64,000 bases of DNA, from the NCBI GenBank assembly GCA_036172245.1, contig JAYWIR010000048.1, positions 558,001-622,000 of the forward strand, read 5' to 3'. Within the stretch, counting starts at the first letter, position 1. Every line of letters starts with the position of its first letter. This DNA comes from Raillietiella orientalis. Its lineage: Eukaryota. Shown piece after piece: positions 38,685 through 50,700 of the stretch. A model generated the notes under the pieces. It saw only the letters and a list, made by a program, of their open reading frames with translations. It made no database searches and was not told the DNA's origin. Both the position numbers and the translations under genes were made by a program.

Positions 38685-39003
38685 TTGTACCCGATCACTC
38701 AGGGCCGCTTATTTTATGAAAAAATAATAAACACACGGATTAAAACTGACGATTAAATGGAATGAACGTGAAGGGGAACGAACTGTGTTGCCGCCATGCA
38801 CTTGCGGGAGGAGGTCCGGGTTGGGTTAGGGAAGGCAGGGAAGGGGGAGGTAAACAAGTACGTAACTGAGGGAAGGGGATGAGAGGGTGTATAGAGAAAG
38901 CAATATATTTATCCGAGGGAGAGATCGGGAAAGTATGAATAGGCCGAACATCTTGATCCTCAGGCGATGGTGGATTCCTGCGATTTCGTCCTTGGTTTCT
39001 GGA
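38685..39003 (-). mobile_element. LINE lineage B, extreme 3' end
   Basis: PETKDEIAGIHHRL (compare PEDVRNEITGIHSRF at about 39535), pyrimidine-rich UTR, terminus aataagcggccctgagtgatcgggtacaaaa. Confidence 0.75.
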
Positions 39004-39009
39004 GGGCTC

Positions 39010-39215
39010 GCGTTGGCGATCGTCTGGCCACGGTCTCGGAGCCTGGTACCAAGAGTTGCGGGTTCGAATCCCCACGCAGCGGATTGACACCGAGAAACGG
39101 GTGCGCCGTGGGTTTCCATTCTCCCCACAAGATGGCTCTGGTTCGCCTACGGGTTTCAGGTGCAGCACTGGCTGACTCCTGGTCCCACCGGGGTGTTAAT
39201 TTATAAAACATTAAC
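39010..39215 (+). mobile_element. tRNA-headed SINE-like element
   Basis: B-box GGTTCGAATCCC at 39061-39072, body homologous to 20150-20315, A/T-rich tail. Confidence 0.6.
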
Positions 39216-39229
39216 ATCCATGTCTGAGC

Positions 39230-39790
39230 CAGAACGTTTGATCCTGCCACGTTACTTATAGATACGAGAAGGACCTTGCCGGGAACTGGCACGCGGGCCA
39301 GCGGGCTTCGCCTCGGCAACACAGGGCGAGGGGAAGCGGCGCACCAAGTCTTTCCCTCCCCTCCCCCTGTGTTGTCGAGGCCAGGCGGCCTGTCTTGGGT
39401 GCTGTCATCGCAACGGTCTGTTGCACCTGCGCCATCGACAAGGCCCACCGAGAGCTGGAGAAGCTGGCGATTCGTCGTCAGGCCACCGGAATAACCGGCG
39501 TGAAAATGGCGTCGGCTGCCGAGTGGGCCCATCTTCCAGAGGATGTTAGGAACGAGATCACCGGCATTCATAGCCGGTTCTGAAGGAAAGGAACGGCCGT
39601 ACCAAAGACCCCTGTCCCCTGCCCTCCATATCTTTATTTCTACTTTTTATATGCGTGTTTATGGTCCCCTCCCTCCCGTTCCAGACTTTCGGTTTACCGA
39701 CCTGCGTGTCGGGTTTCCCTCCCTCCGTGTTTTCTGTGTCCTTTGTCCGGGAACTCTGTTCCTGGATAGTTCAGGAATAAACGCCCCAGC
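39230..39790 (+). mobile_element. LINE lineage B, 3' fragment
   Basis: VIATVCC...MASAAEWAHLPEDVRNEITGIHSRF*, UTR, then aataaacgccccagcg. Confidence 0.75.
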
Positions 39791-40970
39791 GCGCAGAGGG
39801 AGGGGAAAACAGGGGGAGAGGAAACAAACAAAAAGAAAAAAAAAGATACAATCAAAAACATAGAGGATGGGGAAGGAAGGAGAGATTTCGGGAAAGGATC
39901 ACTCTGTGCTAGAGGATGCCCTTTGCATCCTCGTGAGGATGCTGGCAAGTTCCTGTTTCAAGACCCCCAGATGGAGCCATCTTGACGTCATCCTCATGAA
40001 GAGGACAGCAAAATAGATGGCGTCCCTGTCATTCTAGCCTCCTCTGGTGCTGCTCCATGAAGCCACGATCCCGCGTAGGCAGCACAATGCTCCTAGGTAT
40101 GCTGCCGGCGAGAGGACGTCGCGCAGGAAGAGGTGCTTTACTACGTCTCTGGCGTTGCCGCCGGGGATTCCAACGGTCGTGGCCAAGCGTCTCCAAAGGG
40201 TCCGGAGGGTAACAGTTTACCAGGAGGTGCGGGAAGGACTCGTGTTCCCCGCACCTTGCACAGTTTGCGTTCACACACCCTCGTGTCCATACATGCCGGC
40301 GGTCATTGCACGGAAGGCCTCATCGCAGCAGCATCAACGCCGATTCCTGCCACTTTAAAGGGAGAGTGCGGGTGTTCATAAGCACCGGGGACCACTGCAG
40401 GTCCGGAGAAGACTGCAGGTCTTCCTCCGGAATACCCAGTAGCATGCCCCGGCGCAAAGGTCCACGAGGCCGAGCACTCGGGGACGCAGCGTCAGTGAGC
40501 TGGCCCGTCGTCCACTCGCCCAGTCCTCTTCTCCTTCTGGAGATTTCTACAGCAACCTTCCATCTAGCTGTAAGGCTGCTGTCCATATGCTCTCTAAGGG
40601 AGGGCAGCGTAGCAGCGAGCAGGGTTCTGTTTGCCCCATGCACTCTTCGCGCGATCTTCCAGGATCTCCTGGAACGTGCAGTTGTTGTTGCGCGCGTACA
40701 GGAAATGTCGCCACTCTTCCGCGTTTGGCTCCTGGATCCGCGCTCACGTGTGGACAGGCACTACCGTTCGCGAGGCAGCACGAGATCGATCCGTTTTTCC
40801 TCGCCAGCGTGGCCATCTGCCGCAGGTGCAGTCCGCCGTGGATGAGACTGCGTGGACGGCGCGCAAGGAGGGACGCGAGCACTACGCTGCCGGTGGCTTT
40901 CTGGGCGAGAAGACGTGCAGGTTGCACCAGGTGGTGCTTCAAAGGGTGCCGCGCTGGTGGAAGTCGGAAA
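39791..40970 (-). mobile_element. LINE lineage A, 3' half
   Basis: LPLKWQESALMLLR, ANCARCGEHESFPHLLVNC and PARLLAQKATG. Confidence 0.87.
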
Positions 40971-41009
40971 CCAGATGCGCCCGTTAACTGACCCGGTTTG
41001 GAATTCGAC

Positions 41010-41400
41010 TGTCCAGGGTCCTTTCAGGAATCAAAAAATCCTTCGGGGAACCCCTCCGGGCGTGACAATGGAGTCCCTTTCCCCTTGCCCCCCTCGGAAG
41101 CTAACTTTCCATCGCTTACCATGAAGCTCGTACAATGATATCTCTCCAGAGTGCAAGAAGCGCGTTGCTTCCTTTGGGTAGCGTCCTTCAGAGGAATTGG
41201 GAAGCGTTCCTTCGGGTTTCTCTTCAGAAGAAGAAGCAAGGAGTGGCTCCCTTGCGAGTTCCCTCCGGACAAGAAATTCCAGGAAAGGATGCCCTCTGGG
41301 CTTCCTTCAAAGAAGAAATGAGGAGCAGCCCCCACAAGCCAGGGTTCCTTTCGAAAAAAGTAAGGAAGAGATTCCCTTCGGGGTACCCTTCGGAGACAGC
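41010..41400 (+). repeat. Degenerate sub-repeat family (copy 3)
   Basis: ggaagcgttccttcgggtttctcttcagaag...ccctccggacaagaaattcc aligns with 20620-20705. Confidence 0.7.
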
Positions 41401-41749
41401 CACACGGTGCGAATGTGTCTTTTCAGAGCTCCGTCTAGCCTCAAGTTGGGAACCTTTTCCTTGGTGTTTGTGTGATGTTGCATTGACGGTCTCCACATGG
41501 TAGCAATGCCTGAGGACACCGCAATGGATGTTGGAGAGGAGGAGGCCAATTTCTCACCTGAAGCAATGGAAGTGGGGACTTTCGACCTCAGGGAATCGTC
41601 CTCGCTGGGAGCGAGGAAATGGTAAGCTGTGGCTGCAGCGTCGTCAGCGGCAGCCATGGCCGAATAGAATGCTTACCGGACCCGAGGCTACAAGCCTTCC
41701 CTGATCTACGAGGCAGGTTGTCCGTTTGTGGAAAGCACTATGCGCTCTT

Positions 41750-42200
41750 TCGCGAGTGGGCTGAGCAGCTTAAGTGTCCCAAATGGAGACCTGGAAAGCC
41801 TTTCCATACGAAGAGAGGGCCGGCACATTGAGCTGATCTGAAAAAACGCAGAGCTACGGCAATGCTTGCTGAAGACACCAATCACGGTGGAAGGCAGAAC
41901 GAGCAGTGACAAAAGATCGCTTCGTAGTGGTCACCTCAAGGGCGTCACGCACCGCATGTCCAACAACAGTGTGCGTGCGGAGCTCGAAAAATATGGCACC
42001 GTGCACGCTCTGTGCACGGCCTTCGAGGGCATTGGAAAGTTCTGCGGCGCGCATGACGGTGTTGCACGAAAGCAGCGGACAAACTGAAGATTGGCAACGA
42101 ACTGGTCGATCTTTGGTACATGGGGAAGCCCAGGTGCTGTGGCCACTGTGACGTCATGGGACATTGATCAGGTTGGCGCAGAAATAATTGCGGTTTTTGC
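41750..42200 (+). mobile_element. LINE lineage A ORF1 (gag-like) fragment
   Basis: VRAELEKYGTV...LKIGNELVDLWYMGKPRCCGHCDVMGH, a CCHC knuckle homologous to 25930-26030. Confidence 0.8.
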
Positions 42201-42399
42201 ATATCGACTATAAAGACGCATGTATCGGTTAAAAATCACATTTGTCAATGAAAATCAGACCATCGGCCTGCACACCTTTCCCCCAACGGGAAACGAGTCT
42301 GTTTATTTCTACAAGATAGAATTCTGAAGTGCTGAAATCGAAGCGAATCCATCAAAAGCACTTCGAGCTGATGCTGGACCTTAGCTAGTCATCTCTCGA

Positions 42400-43350
42400 A
42401 GGGGGAAATTATTCAAGTGTTGGAAAAAAAATGAGAATCTTCCGGAGACAAGTCCGTAGAATAAGGTGAGTGAGGTGAGGTTTCATCACCCAGCTCATCT
42501 CATGTTTTTCAAGTCCTTTCTGAGTCGTGAAGAAGGATTGGTCCTCTTCGGTCGCTGACTGACGCTGGCCGTGAACGATGCAGCTTCCCATGCATTTTTT
42601 CGATTTCCTGACGATGTTCTTCTGCTGCTGTTGTTCCGCCATCCAGGCTTTAAGAAGTCGTGGCGAATTATGCCGACCACCAAACAGTGACCACAGTCTT
42701 TTTTTCTTGAAGCTTCGGCTTAGGAAGCTGTTTGGGTGCTCCTTCTACTCGGTCTAGCCGCTGAGACGAACGTTCCCGACGGTTGTAGAGAAAGAATCCA
42801 CTTTTCATCGCATGCGACCATTTCTGTTACGCAAAAGAAGCGCAGAGCAGACGTCGTGTGTCCGAATTGCTTGAAGTCCGTTTCTCTCATGCGGCACCCG
42901 TTGATTTACCTTTTCTGTTTTTCCAATCAGGCTCGAATGTCGAAGAACTGCTGAGTGACCAACACGGAGTTCCTTTTCTGCCACCTCTCGGGTTGATTTA
43001 TACGTGGGCCCGCTTCAATGATGGTCCTTAAATCATTATTGCCTATAGCTGAAGGACGTCCACGACTCTCCTTACGCTTTCAGGGCTTCCGTTTCCATCA
43101 CGGAATTTGTGGAGCCAATGCTGAGTTGCACGGTCTGACTCTTCGCCAAAGACAAATTGGATATTTCCAGCGCTTTCCAATGCTTTACCAACCGAACTGA
43201 AACTCGTGCAACAAAATCGCGCGAATTTGCTTTCTTTCCACGACCACCTTGAGAGGTCATATCCGGCAATGCCAGAGAATGAAGACAATAGACGTAAGCC
43301 GAAATCAGCAGCGCCAATTTCATCGTTCGCAACGAAGCATCACGTGAATA
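42400..43350 (-). mobile_element. Decayed LINE endonuclease / linker fragment
   Basis: IGNNDLRTII (like GDxN), SALRFFCV (like SRLDRF) and a GSCIVHGQR..EEDQSFF linker-like read. Confidence 0.45.
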
Positions 43351-44269
43351 TAACAAAAAGAAAACTGGAAAAATCGGCGCCAAAATTGAAATGATGAAAA
43401 CAGCAATTACTTTCGCACCAACCTAATAGCAAAAGAGGTACCAGAACCACCAGTGCTACCTTTGAGGAAACATGGGACACACTAAGCAACTGTGCCTGAA
43501 AAGTGCATCTCCGGTCCCCAGAGGCGCAGAAATCAGGAAAGGAAAGCGCTCGGAAAAACCGGGAAAGAAACCGCTCCCCCCCGGAACTTGCGAACCCGAG
43601 CACTCCCTGCAAGCAGGGGGTGGACAGCGCTGACAGCGAGGGCGCCGCCTTCGTTCAAGGGGCGGAGGTTCTAGCAGCCATGCTGAGGCTGCCAGCCCAG
43701 GCCTTGAAGCTCAGCGTCGACCACATCTCCCTCGACCAAGACCTGCGCCCACGGGTCGGCGAGCGAGGCAGAGAGAGATCAACTTTCTCCAACCATCCTC
43801 GGATCGAATTTCGGATTTCATAATGCAAGGCATGATGTCTCCCAGGAGACTGGCTGAACCCTCAAGGAGCAGCAGAACATCTCCGCTAATTCCTGATATA
43901 GGCTTCACCCTCCGGAATCCTTCTAACTGGGATCGTTCGAAACGCTGCATCTGAGAGTTGTGCGAGCAGTTTCCCCTGAACAGTCTTCTCGCAAGGTTTG
44001 GGGAGGGGGTCCGTAACAAAAGGGCGCACGTGCACGCCGTTACACCAGGACCCCCCAGCGTTCTTTGCCTGGCGGAGTACAAAGCCGGGACTGAGCGTGA
44101 AACACTGGCAGTCTGGGCCGGGCAGCTCGCTGGGCGACCAGGGCCACGAACACTCGGCTCTCGAGCAGGTAAAAAGTTTAATAAGAGGATTCTACTTCTC
44201 ACTTTACGCGAAGGCACCTCCGGAGCGGGATTTCTCGCGGTGCTTGCTGTCGGATTTTGCACCAGCGAT

Positions 44270-46014
44270 AGGGAAGGAGGGGAGGGAAAGCCTCGACGAG
44301 CCTTCCACGACCGGTGAGATTGCGACTGCGATCGGGAAGCTCAAGAGGTAGAAGGACGGTCTGTCTTCGGAGCTTTACCAGTGCTTCGCGGCAAAGCACA
44401 CCACGCTGGTGCAGAAGTTTGCGCGGATTCTTGGTGCTGGCTTTCCGTTCCCACCTCGTTCTAATCTGATCAGCGAGGGTACGTGAAGAACCTCAGCAAC
44501 TGGCGTTCCATCACCGTGCTGAACGCGGACGCCAAGCTGCTGGCGAGACTATGGGCTGAGTGATCGAGACGGGTAACGGATTCGGTAATTACCCCGATGC
44601 AGACTTAAAGACACTTAAAACTCTTCCTGCGTTTTGCTTGCCTCGTCCCCCCGGCCATCAAAATTTGGTGCGAGCACCTCCTGAGAAAAGCCCTTCTGAG
44701 GCACAGTGAGTCCCTGAGTCCGGTTGAAAAACTTGTGTGCTCCGCATAAGGATGGTGGACTGGGTCTCCTACGCTGGAAAGGAAGAAAATCCTGCTGCGA
44801 TGGCGAACGATGGCCTTCGCAGGGATGTATTGGAACACTCCCTAATGCGTTCCTGCATTTCTCTTCACCAGCCGTGGATTCGCAACGGAAAGATTTGCCT
44901 CCTGCTTTTCGTGTCCCGGTCAGAAGGTGAGAAGATGCAGTGTCCTCTGATGCATGGCCACCATGGCGAAGGAGAACGGCTGGGTGATCTGATGCCCCGC
45001 CAATTCTAGCCCCTAGAGGAAACAGTTGGCTCGTGGAGCTCAAGCTGAATGGGCCACTTGGAGAGATGCAACCTCCTGCAGCTTGGCATATATGCCCGCT
45101 GCTTACTGCAGAAGACCCTGATGAGTTCCAGCATGAGCATCTGGGCGGAGCGAACCCATCTTTCGTTGCCCTTCTTAAGGGAGGCTGAAGACGGCAGCCA
45201 TTAGTCTCCCTTAGGGAGTAGAGTTGGACCGTGGGGCAGCTGACCGACGCTGTGATCCCAAGCGTCTTTCCACGTGGACTTCAACGCTGGTGCGAGCTCC
45301 TGAGTATCCATAATGAGGATATGAAGTGGTCCTTGGTGTTCATAGACAGCAGCACCCCTTCCCCCTGAAGCAGTCGGAATCGGCATTCCTGCTGTTGCAC
45401 TGCAATGCGTGCGGACACCACTGGACGCTGGGGAGTTCCAGTCCGGATTGTAGCAGATGTGGGGAACGAGAATTCCTCCTGCACCTGCTTGTGGACTGTG
45501 TTGCCCTCTGGCCCCTATGGGATGGGCTCAGGGACTGCGGCTGGCAACCCCAGGAACGTTTTCAAGCTCTTTTTTACGCGAGATGCCTACCGCCAGCTTA
45601 GCACCACTTTGCTGCATCCGTGGGATTGTGGCGGTCTGGAGCGATGCGCGAAGAAGACTATACGAGAGGGACTCCATCCAGTATGCACTTTGCTTTCTGC
45701 GGATGGCATCAAGATGGTTACAAAAGTGTGCAATCAGGACAAACCCAGCCGGCATCCTGGAAACTATGCAGAAGACTCCACCCAGTAGTCACTCATCCCT
45801 TCCCGACCCTCCAGTGCACTTTTTCGTTTTATTTCATGAACCTTTTTTTATCTTTTTTTTGTTTTTTCCTTTCCTTCCGCTGCTGAGGTGAAATTCGCCT
45901 GTCTATGAAACCCAGTGTCCATAGACAAATTGAGCGTGGTAGGACCACATGTCTTGCCACAATTCGTAGGTGTTTTTAAGGTGTTAATAAACGTCTCGCG
46001 TGTCCGGATGGAAA
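44270..46014 (+). mobile_element. LINE lineage A, RT N-terminus fused by deletion to the 3' half
   Basis: LDEPSTTGEIATAIGKL, DGLSSELY, NWRSITVLNADAKLLA, LCAPHKDGGLGLL and CSRCGEREFLLHLLVDC. Terminus aataaacgtctcgcgtgtccgga. Confidence 0.88.
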
Positions 46015-48999
46015 TCGGAGAAAATCAGGTTAACGGCTCCCTTGGAGGTTCCCTTCGGAGGCGTGGACAGCGTTAAAGAGCTTCGTGACCCTCTTCCTCC
46101 TAGGAGGGCGAGAGGTTCTTCAGCACTTGGCAAACCAGCAAAGAAAAAAAGGAAAATCCCAAAGAGAAAGAGCAAAAGCTGAAAGTAAAGCGACGAAAAC
46201 CGAAGAACCCAAAGGCAGTTCCATAGTAACGATCCCAGGTCAATATTAACGATCTACCCTTGAGGTCGCTAGTGGGTGCTTTTTTCGTTTGTTTTTAAAA
46301 AAAGACTTTTAAACTGCTGGAATTGGAGTCTGAAAAAAGGAGCTCCTGGTGTTTAGCAGCGTAGGAAGAATCTCCTTAAATTTCAAGAGTTTGGTTGAAG
46401 TGTTGGCAATGCTTTGTTTCCGTTACCTCCTTCTCCTGGGAATGTCCGCCTGTCGTCCTTTGAAGTCAAGAAGCGCGTCTTAAGAGAAGCATCTTGAGAT
46501 AGTCTGCATGTATCCTCCCTGCCTGTAAGCACGTCTTTTTCAGCTGTATTTCTGGTTTGGAAATTGTAAAGAGATGAAAATTGTACCATCTCAAGTACCA
46601 TCTCTCCTTCTGCATCATCCTATGTCTCGGTGCTATTTCTAAAGTCCTCAGTTCTTCGTATCAAGGTGGTAAAAAAAAAAAAAAAGAAAATTCAATCATC
46701 CATGAAGAAGGACTACAATTTCTTTGAGTGCAGCACTCCGAATGGTTTGCTCCACCGAAGGGGTCCCTTTGCCAAAGCACATGAAGTGGCAGCATCCGCC
46801 AACTCGTCCCTCTTCCATCCGCCGAGGAGTCTGTTTTTTCCAGCGATGATGCAGGAAAACTCCCACCTCGGCAGTAGGCTGCAGGCATCTAAGGGCGGAC
46901 AGGGCTGCAGAGAGGCTGCCGGGGTCTTCACGTGAAGTGGAAGTGGCACGCGTTTCCGTGAGCGGGAAATAGGCAGCTGAGTGAGAAGGAAGAAAGCGGA
47001 CGCATCGGTCTGCGTTCGGCTGATCGTCTTGCACTGGGCAGAGACTTTTTTTTGGTTCCCTGGCTCTTGGTGCCATTCGCATTTCCTTGATTACATCCAT
47101 GCTGAGAGAGTGAACACAAACGAATGAAGAGAGGAATTTGTCCAGCATCGTCTCCTCTTAGACTTTTTTTCATTAGGCTTTTCTTGAGGGTTGCTTCATC
47201 AAAGACCATGATTCATCTTATGCTCCGCCTACGGATCCCTGGAGTATTGGGTTAATGTACCATTCTTCTCCTGCTTATTTCTTTGGGATTTTGAGTTCCT
47301 GCATTCCTTTATCGTCGGCCAGATCTCAGGATGTCAAGGGTCCCACGAGGACTGCTCTTGTGGTTGCATATATTCCCTTTTAGAGTGGCAAAAAGGGAAT
47401 ATCTGCAACCAAAAGAGCGATCTCGAAGGTGTTCTTGAATTTCTTGTGTTTCCTGTTTTAGCGTATTTCCGAATGGAACAACAGGGTCCTAGTGACGGCC
47501 CTTTAGCAACCTGGCTTTCACGGCAAATGCAGCTTCTGGTTTCATGGGTTTGAGTCAGCAAGTGGAGAGATACGCTCGTTCTTTCATCGATGAGTCTGCA
47601 ATTTCCTTTAAAAGAATCTTTCCAAACGGTTTTGCTACAAGCTTTCTTGCTCCACTTTTAAGGGCTTCTCATTAGCATCCATAATGCAAAAATACGAACC
47701 ACACGAAGTTCCTCGCTGCACTTCCAGAGGGTCGATTCACGCAGCATCTCTCTCTTCCAGAGCTTCCTGCTGGAAGGAGGATGCAAGAAACGCGCGAAAC
47801 GATTACTTCGCACTTGTACCGAAGCTGTAATTTCAGCTCTGATGCAATTTCGGTGCTTTTCGGTCTTTGTGGATCCATCGGAGGATCGAACCGCCTCTCG
47901 CGACTGGCAAGATTGCTCATGAGCGAAAACTCCAGGCACTCTTTCATACGCTTTCGCTCCTGGCAGGAGCAGCAGCTGCAGGCAAGGTTTGCAGAGTGCA
48001 CCTTCCGTCTTCCCGCGCTCGCTACATTCAGCAGCTGGCTCCCCCTACACGGAGCAGGTTGGTTCCCTTGCACTTTAGGGGAACGAGGATTCCCCGCAGT
48101 TATGCGGTAAACCAGGCAGGACGAATGGAATCTGAATTTGAAATGCAAAACAAGAACACCGACAGCACTGGGAGCTCTGACGTCGTACCCGTGGCGCCGT
48201 ACTCCCTAGCACGATGCCGCCGTTGCTGTTACCCACCAATCCACTGAGATGAAATCATACATATTTTCTGGCAACATTCCGAGACCAGTGTCCTGGGCAC
48301 TTACCATCCGTTGCTAAGAAATCACAAAATGCTCGGAAATACGCGGTCATCATTTTTCTTCACAATCCTTTGAGAATTTTCTCCCTTCCAGGATCCAGTC
48401 TTCATACGTGGGGAACAAGGATCTTCGCCGCACCAGTCCGATTTTCTCGGAAAATTTCGCGCGATTACGCTCAGGCACCCGCCAGAGTCGAAGAGAAGTC
48501 TTCTCAGCGTCGATCTGCTTTCAACACCAGCTGCTGGGCTGTGCAGCCACTCGATGTCTTCCCTTTGAGAGTTGCAGGAGGAGCGGAAAATCTTTCAAGT
48601 GTCATCAAATCAGGAGGCAGACCGGAAGAGCTGGACCTTGCTACTCTGCAGCGTTCAGAAGCAAATGGCTTCGCACCTGAGACCGCCTACCTTCGCGGCT
48701 TCAGAACCTGGAGGTTCAGCACTGCTACCACTGGGTCGCCCTCAGGCGTGCAGAGGGAATTTTAGTATTAATTGAATATGTTTTAAATTTTATTATTTTA
48801 AAGAGGCAAGGAGTAGTTTACAGCTTCACTCCGGCTGCTTCCAAGCCTCCCTCCCAGGAAGCCCTCGCGAGCAGGTGGCTGCTTCTTTCCTTCCGGTTCC
48901 TCGGGAGAGTTGGCAATGGACACACCAGAGGTCCGCACTGACGATTCGAGACGGCAAACGGTTCGTATCCAGTGGCAACCTCTTGCCACACGGAAAGTA

Positions 49000-49720
49000 T
49001 GATAGGAAGATTCACTTACTGGGCCCTTTGGAAAGACCCAGCATCCAGTGCAAGGATGCTGATGACCGAAGCTTAGGTCCCCCACGGAATCCTAGATACG
49101 CACTGAGACAACAACTTCCTCGGTACGCAAACCTGCGAGTACCTGAGCATCAGTATGGAGAAGATGGTACGGTACTACCGGACATCCAGGATGATCTCAC
49201 TTTTTACCATCCTTAATGGCTGGAAGGCAAGATACTGTGCACTCAACATCCAAGGCGGACTCTGCAAGGCATGTTGAGACAAGGAAACACAGCTGCACGT
49301 CCTCACCTGCCCGAGGCTACTTCGAGAAAGAGTTCTAGGTGAAGACAATGACGAAACTGGAAATCCTGGACGGATTGTTCAGAGAAGATGGCAGCGTTTC
49401 CTGGTACAATCCCAATCATCGTATCGAGAGCATCGTGATAAGATGAGCAAAATTGAGGAAAAGGGAGAATGAGGTGGCGGCGATGGACATTGCAATGGGA
49501 ATTCTAAAAGCCAGAATAGGCATTAGGAACAGAGGAATAGTCCCCACCTGGACATATGGCGCATTTTTCTCGAACCTCAATTCCCGTACTCTCGGTGAAC
49601 TTTTTGTTTCATCTGGGAGCTGTGTTTGCAATGGAAAAGATGATTATCAATTGGTTATGCCGGAGCATTTATTACACAAAGCATTTATTACCAATGAAAA
49701 TACATTGGTTTGGTTTTACC
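49000..49720 (+). mobile_element. LINE lineage C, 3' region
   Basis: CKAC*DKETQLHVLTCP zinc finger at about 49263-49313, followed by a C-terminus unlike lineages A and B. Confidence 0.6.
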
Positions 49721-49759
49721 ACGAGGTCCTGTTTTGGCAGCGTCGGGGAAGGAGAAACA

Positions 49760-50700
49760 AAGACAAGAAAAAAACACACACACAAAACAAAGGAGGGAAA
49801 TTTTTACACGGGCAGGAGCGAGGGAAGGGAGCACAGTAAGCTGCCCGGCGTCCTCTGCATCCTGTTCAGAATGCTGACAAGTTCTGTCCATATAGCGCCC
49901 CGATGGAGGCGCTCCTCAGGAAGATCCGCGCCCAGTGGATGGAGTCCCTGCCATTTCGGTCTTCTGGCGTTTCAGACCGCCGTGATACCTCAGAGACAGC
50001 ACAGAACTACAAGGGACGCTTCTGGCAGCAGTGCTGAAAGCGAGAAGAGGTGTCTGAAAATGTCCTTGGGGACACCTGCCAGGATTTCTAGGATCATTGC
50101 AAGGCGATCCCAAAGGGGTCGGAGGGCAGCACGGTCCAAAAGCAGGTGTGGGAGGATCTCCTTCTTCTCACACCTGTCGCACTGAGCATCCATTCTCCTC
50201 CGTGTCCAGTGATGAAGGCGTGCTCACGGCAGATTCCAATGCAACACCAGCAACGCCGACTCCTGCCACTTGAGGGGGAGGGCGTCTCTGTTCCAGTACG
50301 CTGGGAACCATTTCACCTCCGCCGGAGGGATGTCGAGCAGTTCTTCCCAGAGCATTAGTCCGTGGGGTGGAGTGTCGCAGCGTCCGTCACTTCCCCAGTT
50401 GTCCACAGCACAATCTTCTTTGCTGCTATGCAGCACGTTACTTCCTACCTTGTCCTTCCTAGCTATCCCTTGCGTCTCTTAGGGTGGTCAGCACTAGGGC
50501 AAGGAGGGGGGTGGTTAGACATAGCCTGCCGCATCTTCTGAGGGTTGCGGATGATCTCTTGCTTTCGACTGTTGACGCCTCGCTGCAGGCAGACGTACCC
50601 TCGCTTGCTACGTGGATCTTCCCCCAAGCGATGATCAACTCCTGGAGCCAGGCAGTGCAGTTCGCGGGGAGGCAGGAGACCCGGACGTTCTCCTCCACCG
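49760..50700 (-). mobile_element. LINE lineage A, 3' half
   Basis: ALPLKWQESALLVLHWNLP and AQCDRCEKKEILPHLLLDRAALRPLW. Confidence 0.87.

Noticed and set aside
39010..39085. Genuine tRNA gene
   Set aside because: A B-box is present, but the acceptor, D and T stems do not form a proper cloverleaf. It continues into a body shared with 20150-20315, so I treated it as a SINE head.
48900..48990. Third SINE copy (B-box-like GGTTCGTATCC)
   Set aside because: There is no match to the SINE body and no convincing A-box.
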